Below are positions 11,579 to 23,038 of a DNA stretch of 64,000 nt, piece by piece; position 1 is the first letter of the stretch, and every line of letters starts with the position of its first letter. Source of the stretch: Asterias rubens (Eukaryota); the NCBI RefSeq assembly GCF_902459465.1, contig NC_047062.1, positions 24,118,001-24,182,000 on the forward strand. Reading direction: 5' to 3'. The notes beneath the pieces are model-generated. The model was given only the letters and a program-made list of their open reading frames with translations, was not told the DNA's origin and did not search any database. A program made the position numbers and the translations under genes.

Positions 11579-12092
11579 GTAAGTACAGGCATAGGCAGAT
11601 CCAGGGTGTGGTAGACTTACTGGGATTATTTCTATTGCTGTGTCTATTGTTCACAAATTTATGTTACACCATTTTGTTTTTGGAACAACTCGATTGTTTT
11701 AATCCTAGGGCCTATGTAAATGTAGATGTGCATAGTAATACTAACGTCTAAAACATAATTATTATGGTTGTGTTTTGGGGATAATTTATATAGGCGAAAA
11801 TCCGGACAGAATATGATTATGTCCATGCAGAGAGAACAATTCCTAATACACAATCTGAGAAGCGTTACGCGGTAACGCTTTTCAGTTTCAAATTGTTGGG
11901 CACTCTGTTTTTTGTTACATTAACTTCAAATTGAAATATTAATCAAAACGCTTCATTCTATCAAACGATGCTGCAAGCTTCTAACGGTTTTTATTTCCAT
12001 CAATATTAATAGTGATACCAACGTATAGGCTAACCTTACCTTTAAGCTTTTGAGGACCCTGTAAAGAAACAAAACAACGGGCTATTATGACT

Positions 12093-12273
12093 CAGGGCTG
12101 TATGCTTTGTTTTTGAAAGGGCAAGGGCACCAAGGCATTTTCTTCTTGGTAAAGGGCACCCTTTTTATGATGAAATTGCAAATTTGTACTGGAGCACTTT
12201 CAAGGGCACCAAGGCAATGACCAGGGGACACGGAGGCAATCGCCTTCGTTGCCTCCGTGAAGTATCAGTCCTG
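12093..12273 (+). mobile_element. Non-autonomous DNA element with CAGG(G/C)CTG-type ends and internal AAGGGCACC repeats
   Basis: Related copies at about 10950-11130, 16545-16655, 23226-23401, 39548-39729, 44835-44986, 52437-52817 (minus, interrupted) and 63596-63757 (minus); ATGACT is repeated on both flanks of this copy. Confidence 0.65.
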
Positions 12274-12566
12274 ATGACTACACAATTATGTATGTTACAA
12301 CAAATGTATTCCTTTGTGGATGCGTTTAATGATTAATAACAACAAGAATTTACTTTTTCCTTTATAAAAAGGGAAGAAATCCTGTTTGCATTACACGCAA
12401 TATCCACATTATTTTGTGAGTTTTCGGCAAGACCGTCAGAAAACAAAGGAAAACTTACAAACAAGCAGAGATGTTTTTTCCTCTAAGAGAAGTTTAATCA
12501 TTGGTCGCCATGGTATCAACCTTCTGCATAAAGATTATTACAATATTTCTCTCTTTTTCTATGAAG

Positions 12567-12702
12567 GATTTGTGGTACAACCCCACCTGAAGGACCCATC
12601 ATTTCCCTTGGCAACCGAATGACTGTGAGACAGACTACAAACAGCTCTGGAGGACGTAGTAAATTTACCGCTGCGTATCGAGCTGTTTCGACCGCTGTGT
12701 AG
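12567..12702 (+). CDS. Astacin exon 12: CUB2 C-terminus and stop (ICGTTPPEGPIISLGNRMTVRQTTNSSGGRSKFTAAYRAVSTAV*)
   Basis: Acceptor ctatgaag; xCG and FxAxY CUB motifs; phase-2 start mirrors exon 9; TAG at 12700-12702. Confidence 0.82.
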
Positions 12703-13212
12703 ATAGAAATACTTGGAGTTGTATACCCATCCGCATTGTGGGGAACTTCAGAGAACTAAATTTATAATTGATTGACTTTGATAGTGACTTGGGCAGTCTG
12801 TCCATTTAATATAGTTGATTATTTGATCAGCATAGATATAGGTATAGTTGTGTGAATTCACTGAAAACAAATCAATGCAAATTCGTAATTTAATATAAAT
12901 GGTGGCCAACGGATCGACCTCAATGCATTTAGCCCCACTGTTTGTTGTACGATTCATTACAGTATAGTTATTTCATTGGTGAGCACAAAAAGAAAACTCA
13001 ACTGAGGGAAACAGTACAATTTCTAGAAAAATATTATGGCATTGACCCTTGTACGAATTGTCAACAGGATGTTACAATCGGTGGTATGCCCTATACCTAT
13101 TATGGCAACATGTCAATTCCTGATTAAAAGGTCGCAGGGTCTATCCCTATCTTTCTGAATTGCATGAAGTCATTATTACCCGAACAACGTTTTTCTGAGC
13201 AATCAAACAATG

Positions 13213-13218
13213 AATAAA
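13213..13218 (+). terminator. Candidate polyadenylation signal (AATAAA) for the astacin gene
   Basis: An AATAAA about 510 nt after the stop; motif evidence only. Confidence 0.3.
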
Positions 13219-13769
13219 GCATGAATAACAAATAAAACACAATATAAGAAAACAGGATGTGTGTCGGCCAATGTTGATATATAGAGTGCTGTAATTTTGT
13301 GTCGTAATTTATGAATCTCTAAATTACTAAACAAATATAGATACAGAGAGTGATGATAAACATCAGTAGCCTACATTGATACTTAAGTTATTTTTTTAAT
13401 GTAAAAGTTCATCCGGGTGGCTGGCTAGTTAAATCGATACCCCCTCCCTCCCTCCCCCATCACCAAGTGCCACGCCAACCATGGGCCCATTTTATGCCAA
13501 CTTTGAGCAAGAAATTGCTCCACTAAATGACCATTTGCATCTTGGGCTAGCCGGCTGGTTGGCATATCAAAGGTAATAATGATTCATGACTCAAAAGGGA
13601 GTCCCCTTAATAGCCCGTTATATGTGAGTGATAACAAAGGTTTTATTTATTAGTTCAGGGCTGTCTCTGTTTAAACACAAAACATGATGCATTATAACGG
13701 CATGAGTAAAAACCTTGAATCACCGTTCGATCAATGACGTGTCCCGTTTACACTTTGTACTATCAGAAG

Positions 13770-14100
13770 ATAATTTGCATATAATACAAACCAATGTGCG
13801 GCTGCGTGCGTTTAACCTTCACGGTCGGTCAGTCCTTGGTCTATGGTCAAAGCCGCTTACTTTAATTAAAGAAAACTTGCTTCCTTGAATCGTGAGTCTC
13901 AATATGACGTCAAAATGACATCGGTTATTTATCTAACGACAATTTCTTTATGTTTTCTAGTGATAAAAACTAGAAGGAACGAGAGACTAAAACCGAAAAC
14001 GACCCAGTGTCGGTAGTTAAAAAATAAAATAAAGGACGTCATTCATTCTTCCATGGTTGGTGGTTTTTCGCCGTAGGTGGCGTGCTTCAAAACGCTATTT
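13770..14100 (+). promoter_or_regulatory. Putative numb promoter region
   Basis: CpG-rich stretch with octamer ATTTGCAT (13773), CCAAT (13791) and CRE TGACGTCA (13905), followed by a strong donor at 14288. Confidence 0.45.
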
Positions 14101-14287
14101 TTCAGCTTCACTGTCGGCGTTCAGAACACACGTTTGATGGAGAGAATTTGTCAATAAATACCAGTGAAATTAGTCAGTTTTTGATCGACACTGTGGGCTA
14201 CAAGTCTGTTCATCCGATTTGTTGAGACGTTCTGTGGATATTTACCAAGGATATTTAAGTCGTTGTTGGGGAATTGTCATCGGAGGG
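14100..14287 (+). other. numb: Putative non-coding first exon of numb (5' boundary approximate)
   Basis: Donor GGG|GTGAGT at 14288; no in-frame ATG; lies in CpG-rich promoter-like DNA. Confidence 0.45.
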
Positions 14288-14936
14288 GTGAGTTTTGGTG
14301 TTACCTTTTTGAGGGCGATCGTTTGAAAAATAATTTGGAATAGATCGGGCCGTGTGTTTAGGTTACTGATGGGGGTGGGCTTGTGTACATGTAACAACGC
14401 CGTGTCCATACAGTGAGCGTACTGGCTGCTTTGGTGAGCCAGGTTTGAAAGGTTATGGGGTTATGATGTAGTTTCAAAGATGTGACTTGTGAATAAGTAA
14501 TAATTAAGTAAATTGTAAAGAAGGTTCTTTTTACTATTGTTGTTGACCATTTCTTGGTTGGTTTATGAAATACTGAGCTGAGCTGAGGAGAAGTAGAGAA
14601 AACTGCATGATATGAATGATGTAGTGATCGCACTCCGTACTTGTTTCATGGCCATCATTGCACTAATGATTATATCTGGGAATATTCTAAGTAGTGTACA
14701 AAATCCAATTCAAAACTTGTTGTCCTTCATATTTACAATTACATGCCTACAGGTTTGGACCTTGCTTTTTATTAGGCTCTATCAAAAAAAGTTTTCAATT
14801 TGTTCTCTCAAATTGAGCGTTGTGCTGGTCCACAAAGTCCACTCTACCAAAAAATCCTCGCCATAATCTGCCGGTAACAAATAAATAGACTGCGTTGGTT
14901 ATTGTGAACTAGTACGCAATTCACGTAGCATAATAG

Positions 14937-15080
14937 TAATAATAATAATAATAATAAGACTTGTAATGCGCATGTATATGTCGTATCCACCCTGCTAGGT
15001 GTTCAAGGCGCAGTAAAAGAACACCCATGATTCGAACCCCGTATCTTTGGGTGTAGAGTCCGGAGCCTTCCATTGGGCCA
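14937..15080 (-). mobile_element. SINE/L2 3'-tail fragment with (TTA)n tail and adjacent tRNA B-box-like sequence
   Basis: The tail CTGCGCCTTGAACACC...GGTGGAT..GCGCATTACAAGTCT(TA) is shared with 27293-27353 and 27950-28024. Confidence 0.6.
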
Positions 15081-17741
15081 CCACTCCTCTTACACTAGTT
15101 TGGTCTCTATAACACGCATGGTTTCAACGGTATGCTGGTGAAATGTTGGTCATGATAACCGTTGGTTTTATTGTGTCTGTAAAAGGCAAGGATTTTCTGA
15201 AAAATACTAAGATTTTTTAAAAGATTTTTTGAAGTTTCTTTTATGCAGAGTGGATTTTCTGGACTGGGATAGAGCCCAATTTTCCAATTCTAAGATCGGA
15301 TTAGAAAAAAACCATGTACATTTAGACATGTTAATGTTCAGAAGGGTTACCTCTACGTGTATTTCTACTAATCAACTGTATTTTTTCGAAATGTTGACAA
15401 TTGTGGTCGTGCTACCTGCGCCTAAGGCAAACTAGCCCTACCTTGTTGTTGGATGTAGTGTTATGCCTACCATAGTCTTATCACAGTCACCATTACAGCC
15501 TCCATTATCACAATACAAAATGCACAGTTTTCAAAGTTCACATTTAAAAATGATTGCAAGTATCTAGTGTGACTGTGCTAATCTCAAGTGTTAATTATTG
15601 ACCTACATTCTATGCATTGCACAACGTTAAAACAAATTATTTGTATTAAAACTGCCATACACAACCACAATGTCAATATTTTTTAGTGTACTTGTCCACA
15701 CTCTCTACTAGTCTGAGTACAGTATGCTTGCATAGTGCTGTCAATTAAAATTTAATGCACAGTGCTGCCTGGTGGATATGCATTGAACAAAACGTACTGA
15801 TGCAGACAATTGCAGTAGGCTACAAGTACATGTACTAGACATTCATAGTGTATAGTCATACAGTATGTTTTCATAATGAAATGTCAACATGGTGAAAATG
15901 CTTGCGGTGGCTGTCCTACATGTTGTTAGACCTTAGAGTATTGTGCATACATTCTTCGTCACATTATTTTTACAACACGTTTCAATGGAACTATGTATTA
16001 CACACACTCTATTTGGGTGGAGTCATTTAAATTCTATTGATCTTATCATTGTTCAAATTGGCATGGACCATGGTGTGATATGGTCTAAATCTACCCACTC
16101 ATGTCTACTGCCTTGTTATACTGTCACTTATTCACAGTGTGTGACTCATGTACATTGGCATACTTCAGTGAAGTGTCACCATGTGAGGGGGGGTTTCCTG
16201 TTGATGTTCAAAATGAAAACAAGTTTAGAACAACGTGAATCATATTATAAGCTTCATGATGGTGTTATGTACAATGTAGTTTCCATACCTGTACCCTTTG
16301 TCATCTTATCTGTCAACAGTAAGGATAAAAATACCCACTCGGTTGCCCACCAGCCAAAGTCCAGTAATTTCAGCAATTTGCTAGTCACCTCAAAACTGAA
16401 AGTTTCACGTTTTGGTCCAGCTGTGTTCTAAATGAGCTGTGTTTTAAGACCGGACTAAATTTGCTGGGCTTTAATTTCAAGACATTCTACAATAAGAAGA
16501 CAGGTATTGTAGCTCTACACTTTAACTACTCTACTACAAATGTAAATGTACATGGGCCACTTTTTGTTTTTAGGGAAATGCACATTTCTACTGGACTACA
16601 TGTACTTCAAGGGGCACCAAGGCAATGACCAGGGGCATGGAGGCAATCAGGCCTGCTTGGGGGATTCCAAAAAACAGTGGTATACATGTACATCTATAGG
16701 CCTTCTCCTTTATGCAGGAGGTTTAGGTTTCAAAAATTGGAAGTTGAAAAAACACTCCACTGACTCTACAGGACTTATTCTGTTGTGTTTTGCTCGGCCC
16801 AAATGTTAAAATGGATGGTCTCTGGCCAGTGGTCCAGTGGGTTATTTGAGACCTATATTGTATGTGCCATGCTTTCCATAGTTTCAATTTTGTTTCCTCT
16901 CATGATCGGGTGGAAGAATCAAACCCAAAACAAAATAAACACTAGACATGTAGACAGGTCTGATCACTTAAATCGTTGCCAGAAGCCAGATTATAGTTGA
17001 AATTGACAATGACTAGTATACATGTTGTAAGATTTGCATCATAATAATTGGAATTATCACCAAGCATACTGGTCTAAACCTTTTTTGACTTTTAACTTTT
17101 ACATGTATGACTCATCAGTGTTTCAAGGTTGTTTTCAAGGACTCTAAAGACAAGAATAGAAAGTAACTTTGAGATTTAAGTGTCAAGAACTTGCCCTAAG
17201 GTCACAGCTTCCTGAGCAGACCAAACAAACCAGACAATTCCTGGAAGTAGACGAAGGTCAAAGCTGCAGAATGACACTCGGATGATTGAACACAATGCGT
17301 TACTTGTTTTTTATTGACAGTGAGTGTTTTTACTGGATGTGAAGTTTCACACCTACATGTCATGAAACGTTGCAACAAAAGTTCATGGATCAAGTCATTG
17401 CATGTTGGTATTTAATGTGTTGCCCAATTCTCAGGCCTGAATCATACATGAACAAAAACAACATGAATGGCCCCTTTAGAATGATTTTTTTTTCCCCAAC
17501 TAGGCAGTGTTGGAAAAAAAAAGAATGAAAAATTAAGTGGTTTATTACTACATGTAGTTGATCTTGTAAATGAGGAGTTGCATTCTAACGATCCCCTGGC
17601 TGTCGCTTCCGAAGGTTGTATCAGAAACTAGGGTGTGATCACTAGCTACTTGAGAGCTAACGATTGTATGGCTTCTGACTGGCACCCAGTACAGAGATTT
17701 AACAACATAGGAAGTCCGCCAACATTATTAGTCATATAGGG

Positions 17742-17875
17742 CTTCATTGCTCCATTGGTAGAGTGCTTGCACGTTATTTGGGAGGTTGTTGGTTCAAGTC
17801 CCACTCTGGTCACATTTCCTTTGATCGATCCCGAATGATTTAAAATTTACCCGAGTCAGTTTCCCTTGATGTGTA
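17742..17875 (+). mobile_element. tRNA-derived SINE fragment
   Basis: A-box-like and B-box-like (GGTTCAAGTCCC) head; body ...AAATTTACCC.AGTCAGTTTCC recurs at about 20255-20345 and 63890-63945. Confidence 0.55.
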
Positions 17876-17877
17876 TT

Positions 17878-18234
17878 AGGCCGAGTAAAAAAAAAAACAT
17901 GTTTCACGTCCGGGTTTTTCAAAAAAAGGAGGAAGAGGGGCTTTTTATTTTTTATTTTTTATTTCAAGATGGCCGCCATTATTTGTTAAAATGTCAAATA
18001 TCCATTGTTTTTTCTACTGCTGAAATACACATAACATAAATGAAACAATTTAGTCGAGGCATTCAGACAAGACATTCAGATTGTTTTTGCTGAGATCATT
18101 TAAAATAACCCTATTTAAAAATGTAAAAAAATAAAATAAAAAAAATGTGCATACAAAAATAAAATAAAAAAGGAGGCGGCCTGTAAAAAGGAAGCGGGCG
18201 GGGACGCGAAACATTTTTTTTTTTTACTTGGCCT
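17878..18234. mobile_element. MITE with about 30-bp TIRs (AGGCC(G/A)AGTAAAAAAAAAA.ATGTTTC)
   Basis: Inverted termini visible directly; no coding capacity. Confidence 0.7.
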
Positions 18235-18832
18235 TATGGATAATATTAAAATTAAATTTAGAAAATAAAACAAAGTTACATACGCTCTTAATTTCGATCA
18301 ATACTCAGCAGCCAATGTACAATAGTCTTTGTCACACAGACAAAATACTGTCATCCCCTGTTTTTGTAGTATGCCACACACAAAAGCGAAAACATCACAT
18401 TAACATTCGTAAAAATACAGTGATTAATATTTGACCTTGCAATATTATTCGATAAGATAGGCTACTGAACACGTAACATACAGTGTGTATCTGGGTTGAT
18501 GTCATTGAGTTTGTTACGTGATGCCTTTGGGTTTCCCTTCGGTTGACGTGTTGGTCACCGACGTGTTCAGTAGTTTACAGATGTGCACAACAAACCAAGT
18601 ATTTCATTACATAGGCCTATTAACAGTTCCTTTTAAATATTACATTTTCACATGAACAATGTGGGTGCAATTACAAGAATTGATGTCATTGTCAAGCAAG
18701 GATATTATAGCTATAGTTTGCACAGTTTGTTTAGTGTCAACAATTGACTGCATTCAGCTCTCATCTGCTGGAATACTCGCAAAAGGAACGTGCGAGTTCA
18801 ATCGCTCTTTTCCATTATCTACAATCACACTG

Positions 18833-18944
18833 GGCCGTATTCATAAAAAATAGCAATTGCTTTTTCTAGGCTTTTGCTTACATCTTTATACAGATGTAAG
18901 CAAAAGCCTAGAAAAAGCAATTGCTATGTTTTATGAATACGGCC
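18833..18944. mobile_element. Palindromic Harbinger-like MITE, 53-bp arms with a 6-nt loop
   Basis: Arms pair with a single mismatch; GGCC termini. Confidence 0.75.
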
Positions 18945-19881
18945 AACTCTTCGGCACTCATTCACTACAGTTAGGAAAATAAGTGGGTTTCCAAAAAACA
19001 ATTTAAAAAAACTAACATTTTTTTATATTCATATCAGGACATGATTTATGGATCAGTGTGGTGTTTACAAAATTGTGTTTACCATTAATTAAAAAGCATT
19101 GACAAATGTGTGAGGTTTGAGAATGCAAAGAGCTCTCCTCAGGGTTAATCAAGTTAGTTTCTTCTACTCTCCAAATTCTTAAAGGATTGTACATGTACCG
19201 TAGTAGTATTACGATGTCCAGTTCTTTCAAAACAGGGTGTCCATCATAATGTCAATATTGTTTCTGTATAAAAAGATGTTATTGCACGCAATTTTACAAG
19301 CAGTTTCGATAACTTGGGGGCCATTCAGAAAATCATTCTTAAAAAGTTTTGATCTTTTCTCGAAATTGCTTTGCAGGAAAATTGTTAAATGCACTTATTG
19401 TCTGCGTTAAAGCAGCTCTACGAAATTTGGGCATTCATTCTTGTGAATATTCTTGGCATAAATAGTGGGTCGGTGCAAATAGGCACAGCACTCAATACAG
19501 TTTGGTTGTGTAAAACGTGTTGTACATTGAGATAACCATGCTGTACGACACTACTGTACAACCACGGAGGCTTCCTCCATACTACAACCATAGAGTAGGG
19601 TCCTTACTCTATGCTACAACCCATACAGTAGTAAAAGACTACAACCATGGAGGTAGACTAATTCTTCCTCCAACAACCAAGCCTCAACCCTAAACCCCAT
19701 AGGGCATCTGTGGTTACATTCTTCATCATGAATGTCAACAAAGATTAAATGTTTCTCTATTATCACAAACTTACCAGACTGGGGGTTACCTCAGAGTGTG
19801 CATAAGGTGAATGAGATTAGGGTACATTATATGACAGAGTCAACAGAAATGTTTCATGGGTAGTTGGATAATAAGTTATAA

Positions 19882-20252
19882 AGACACTTGCATGACTGGA
19901 CACATTTGGTAATTGTCAAAGACCAGTATTCTCACTTGGTATCCAAACATAGTCCATAGAAAAAATAAATCTGTAAACATTTGGGCTCAATTGGTCATCG
20001 AAGTTGCAAGAAAATAATGAAAGAAAAAAACGTGCCCAAATTGATGTGCTTTTAGATGCCTGAGAAAAGGCGTCAGGCCTGAAGTCTTTCTCAGATTCAA
20101 ATATGTATACATTACTACCTCTTTCTCCAAAACTATGTTACTTTAGAGCATAGAGTCGTTTCTCACAACTACTTGACGTGTATATCAACAGCTCTTCATT
20201 GCATATTACCAAGGAGGTACATAAACTGTATGCTATATTTTGAGTAACTACA
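19882..20252 (+). mobile_element. Diverged relative of MITE family A, right end truncated
   Basis: Left TIR plus GGTAATTGTCAAAGACCAG; colinear internal similarity; different internal hairpin at 20060-20094. Confidence 0.7.
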
Positions 20253-21395
20253 CCGGTTCAAATCCTGTTCTTGTCCGTTTTTTCTTTGTTCACCCCCAAA
20301 TTGAGTTAGAATTTACCCAGTCAGTTTCCTTTGTGGTGTATTCCCTTTGCCTTTCATAATCAATTTTGATGTAAACAGCCACAGCAAAGAATAAGTTTCA
20401 TATAATTTTTGGTCGTCCCTTGAAGAAGAATTCAGAGAAGGAAATTGAATTCCATTTTAACAAACCTGGGTTCCATTTTGTTATAAATATCTGTATTTTT
20501 CAGGTGCTTGCTTCATGTAGATTGTATTCCCCATACTGTAGTTTTGTTTTCAGTTTCATATTAAATGTAAAACTTTACATTGTGAATTGGCTTTCCTCGG
20601 TGGGGTGGTTTCGGAGAACACTGTAAATCAAATGGAGTAACTACAATCGATATTGTATTTTATTATTCAGCAAGCTTTAGGCGACACTTAACGCTGCTAT
20701 GCATTACACACATCACTAGTAGTATTCAAACTTCCTCCATGGTTGTGGTGCCACCCTCTAGGGGACCCACTGGTGTTTACTGTCAGAGCAGTTCCATAAT
20801 TTTAGAGGATGAAAATTGAAAGTTATAAAATAAAAACTTAATGCAATTTGTTTGGTTTGTAAAATGACCGCATTTATTAAATGCGTTATATAGAGGAATA
20901 TTACAGTTTTGCGTAGGTAATTGATATCAGATGCTTCACCAGTATTTTGATCAAAATAACAGATTTAGTGCTGTCAAAATGTCACCCCATTTTTGCGCCG
21001 CCACTGGAACACCCCTTTTAGAAAATGGTTATGGCTTATTCTAACTCAAGACAAGCCCATGCTCTGACTGCTCTGGAATGTGTGTTATTTTGTATGGGGG
21101 AACCTACCAGTCAGATTCAGTGAACCAAATAACCAGATGAGGGTTTGTAAATATGCGTATTGAACAAGCAATACGTTTCTAAATAAACACACACAAATCC
21201 AATGTGTACATGTACTGTAAGCATATTTTCTCTCGATTGATCACCATTTAAACCATTAGAAGGTGTGCTCTACACAGGTTTTGTGCTGCAATTGTTCCTT
21301 TGTTTTATGAGTGTGTACTGAACTTTGTTGGCTGATTTTTGATTGGCTTGCCCAACTCCACAGGAGAGTAGTCAAGAACCAAAGCTGCTACCATT

Positions 21396-21409
21396 ATGGG
21401 TCGACTCAA
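21396..21409 (+). CDS. numb: numb candidate first coding exon (ATG GGT CGA CTC AA; exon likely 21364-21409)
   Basis: Donor GTAAGT at 21410; phase 2 matches the acceptor at 25049, giving [17 protein letters not shown]; acceptor ccacag at 21363. Confidence 0.55.
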
Positions 21410-21681
21410 GTAAGTAAACCTTCTGCCTGGGCCTTGCTTGCATTGGAGAATGACAGGTTGAAGAAGTATTATTTAACAATCAGGTCTGAGTTTCTACATT
21501 AACTTGACACAATTCAAACTAACTTTGGTAACATTTCATGACCACTGCATGACTGCTGTTGGTGGTACTTTATAATGTATGTTTACATTCGACTAATAAA
21601 TTCATTTAAGGTCCAAGATGTACACTGACAGTTCACTTTACTGATTATTAACATCATACTACAGTAACACACAATTACTAT

Positions 21682-21934
21682 GGGTGCGTTCAATAAGCTT
21701 CCCTGTGTCGACCCCGTGGTGCTCATTCGGTTGAGCCCCTGACAAGAGCTAATCGAACGATCACACTCGCCCTCTCGTGGTGACGTCATGCACCTCAGGC
21801 CAGCCCCAAGTGACCCACTCCACAAGCAGGGCACTGGGGGCTGACCCGGGTGAGCCCCTGGAATGGCGCCAAAGCTGTTCGAACTCGCCGGGGGCAGACC
21901 GGGTTGGACCCAGAGAAGCTAATCAAACGCACCC
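21682..21934. mobile_element. GC-rich MITE with GGGTGCGTT...AAGCTAATCAAACGCACCC TIRs (Harbinger-like)
   Basis: Inverted termini; GC-rich island inside an AT-rich intron. Confidence 0.7.
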
Positions 21935-22724
21935 AACATTACTCTTAAGCTGCCAAGTTTGTCATGTACATGTACATGTAATGGCAACTGACACAACTAT
22001 TAATAAGTTACAGACTACCATTCAATACCTTTGGCCCTGTCACTGTGCACTGCACATTAATACAGTATAGTACATGTGTTAACTGTACCAAAGAGAAGAA
22101 TAACAACCACAGGAAATATAAACTCTGATGGATTGGAGGTCTACAATGTTGTTATCTGCTTCTTGTCAATGATTGGAGTAACTGTTTCCTGCACAAGGTG
22201 TGAAACCATATTTATTATCATAACACTTTTGAAGGCAACTTTCATTCTCACTATTTACTAAACCCTTGACTTATCCACATGTAAGCATCTAAATTTAACA
22301 TCCTTTCTTTGTTTAAGAAATTAATCATGGGAAAGGGAGAAATTCTAGGGTTGTGGAAGAACAGTTTCTTCGATGGTCAGCCACTCGTCATACAAACTTT
22401 CATACCGTTCTTGCCATCTGTATCCATTTAAAAATGGTAGGGACAGTGTCCAAAGATTGCCAACATTTTGCTGGTCATAGAACAAGAGCGTATAAGAAGG
22501 GTTCTCTGCAGGTTTTTTTAAACTGTGGGCATTCTGGACCCAAATCTATATTAGGGATGTTTGACCGAAACCTGGTGACGAGGTCTTCGCACTGTTTTCT
22601 TGGTTTTAAAAAAGTCTGTGCAACCTGGAGCGGTTTTCTCTTGATTTTTTTTTAAAGAAAGAAAAAGTGTACACTTTGATACATATCGGCCTGCTAGCTT
22701 GTGCATCGTAGAACCCTGCCAGAG

Positions 22725-23038
22725 TATAATAATAATTTGGGGGGCTAATCATCCTTACTCGCAGCTAAGAGCTGAATTGCGAAGGATGCGGCTACAACGT
22801 GTTCGAGAAGCAGGCATGCAAGGGCGCTTTTGGCTGCCAGCCACATCAACCCATTATGACCACGGAGCACAGCCAAGATCGAAAGTGTTTGATTTTTCCC
22901 GAGGAAAACCCTCGTGGCACAGCAGAGAACCAATACACAACTCAACTCACATTTTTATATGGCCCTGGCTGAGAATCGAACCGGGGTCACCTTGGTGAGA
23001 GGCGAGCGCTTCATGCACAAGCCAACCATGCCAACCCA
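22725..23038 (-). mobile_element. tRNA-derived SINE
   Basis: Reverse strand shows a tRNA-like head with B box GGTTCGATTC, a central domain and a (TTA)n tail. Confidence 0.6.

Noticed and set aside
12942-13127. 61-aa ORF (GEHKKKTQLRETVQFLEKYYGIDPCTNC...) after the astacin stop
   Set aside because: It has no recognisable domain and no ATG start, and it lies in the probable 3' UTR. A weak donor near 12699 could in principle reach it, but nothing supports that. A BLASTP or RNA-seq check would settle it.
17742-17812. tRNA genes (also tRNA-like pieces at about 9540, 15030, 22960, 33740, 36550, 38590)
   Set aside because: The cloverleaf stems do not pair, and the heads continue into SINE bodies.
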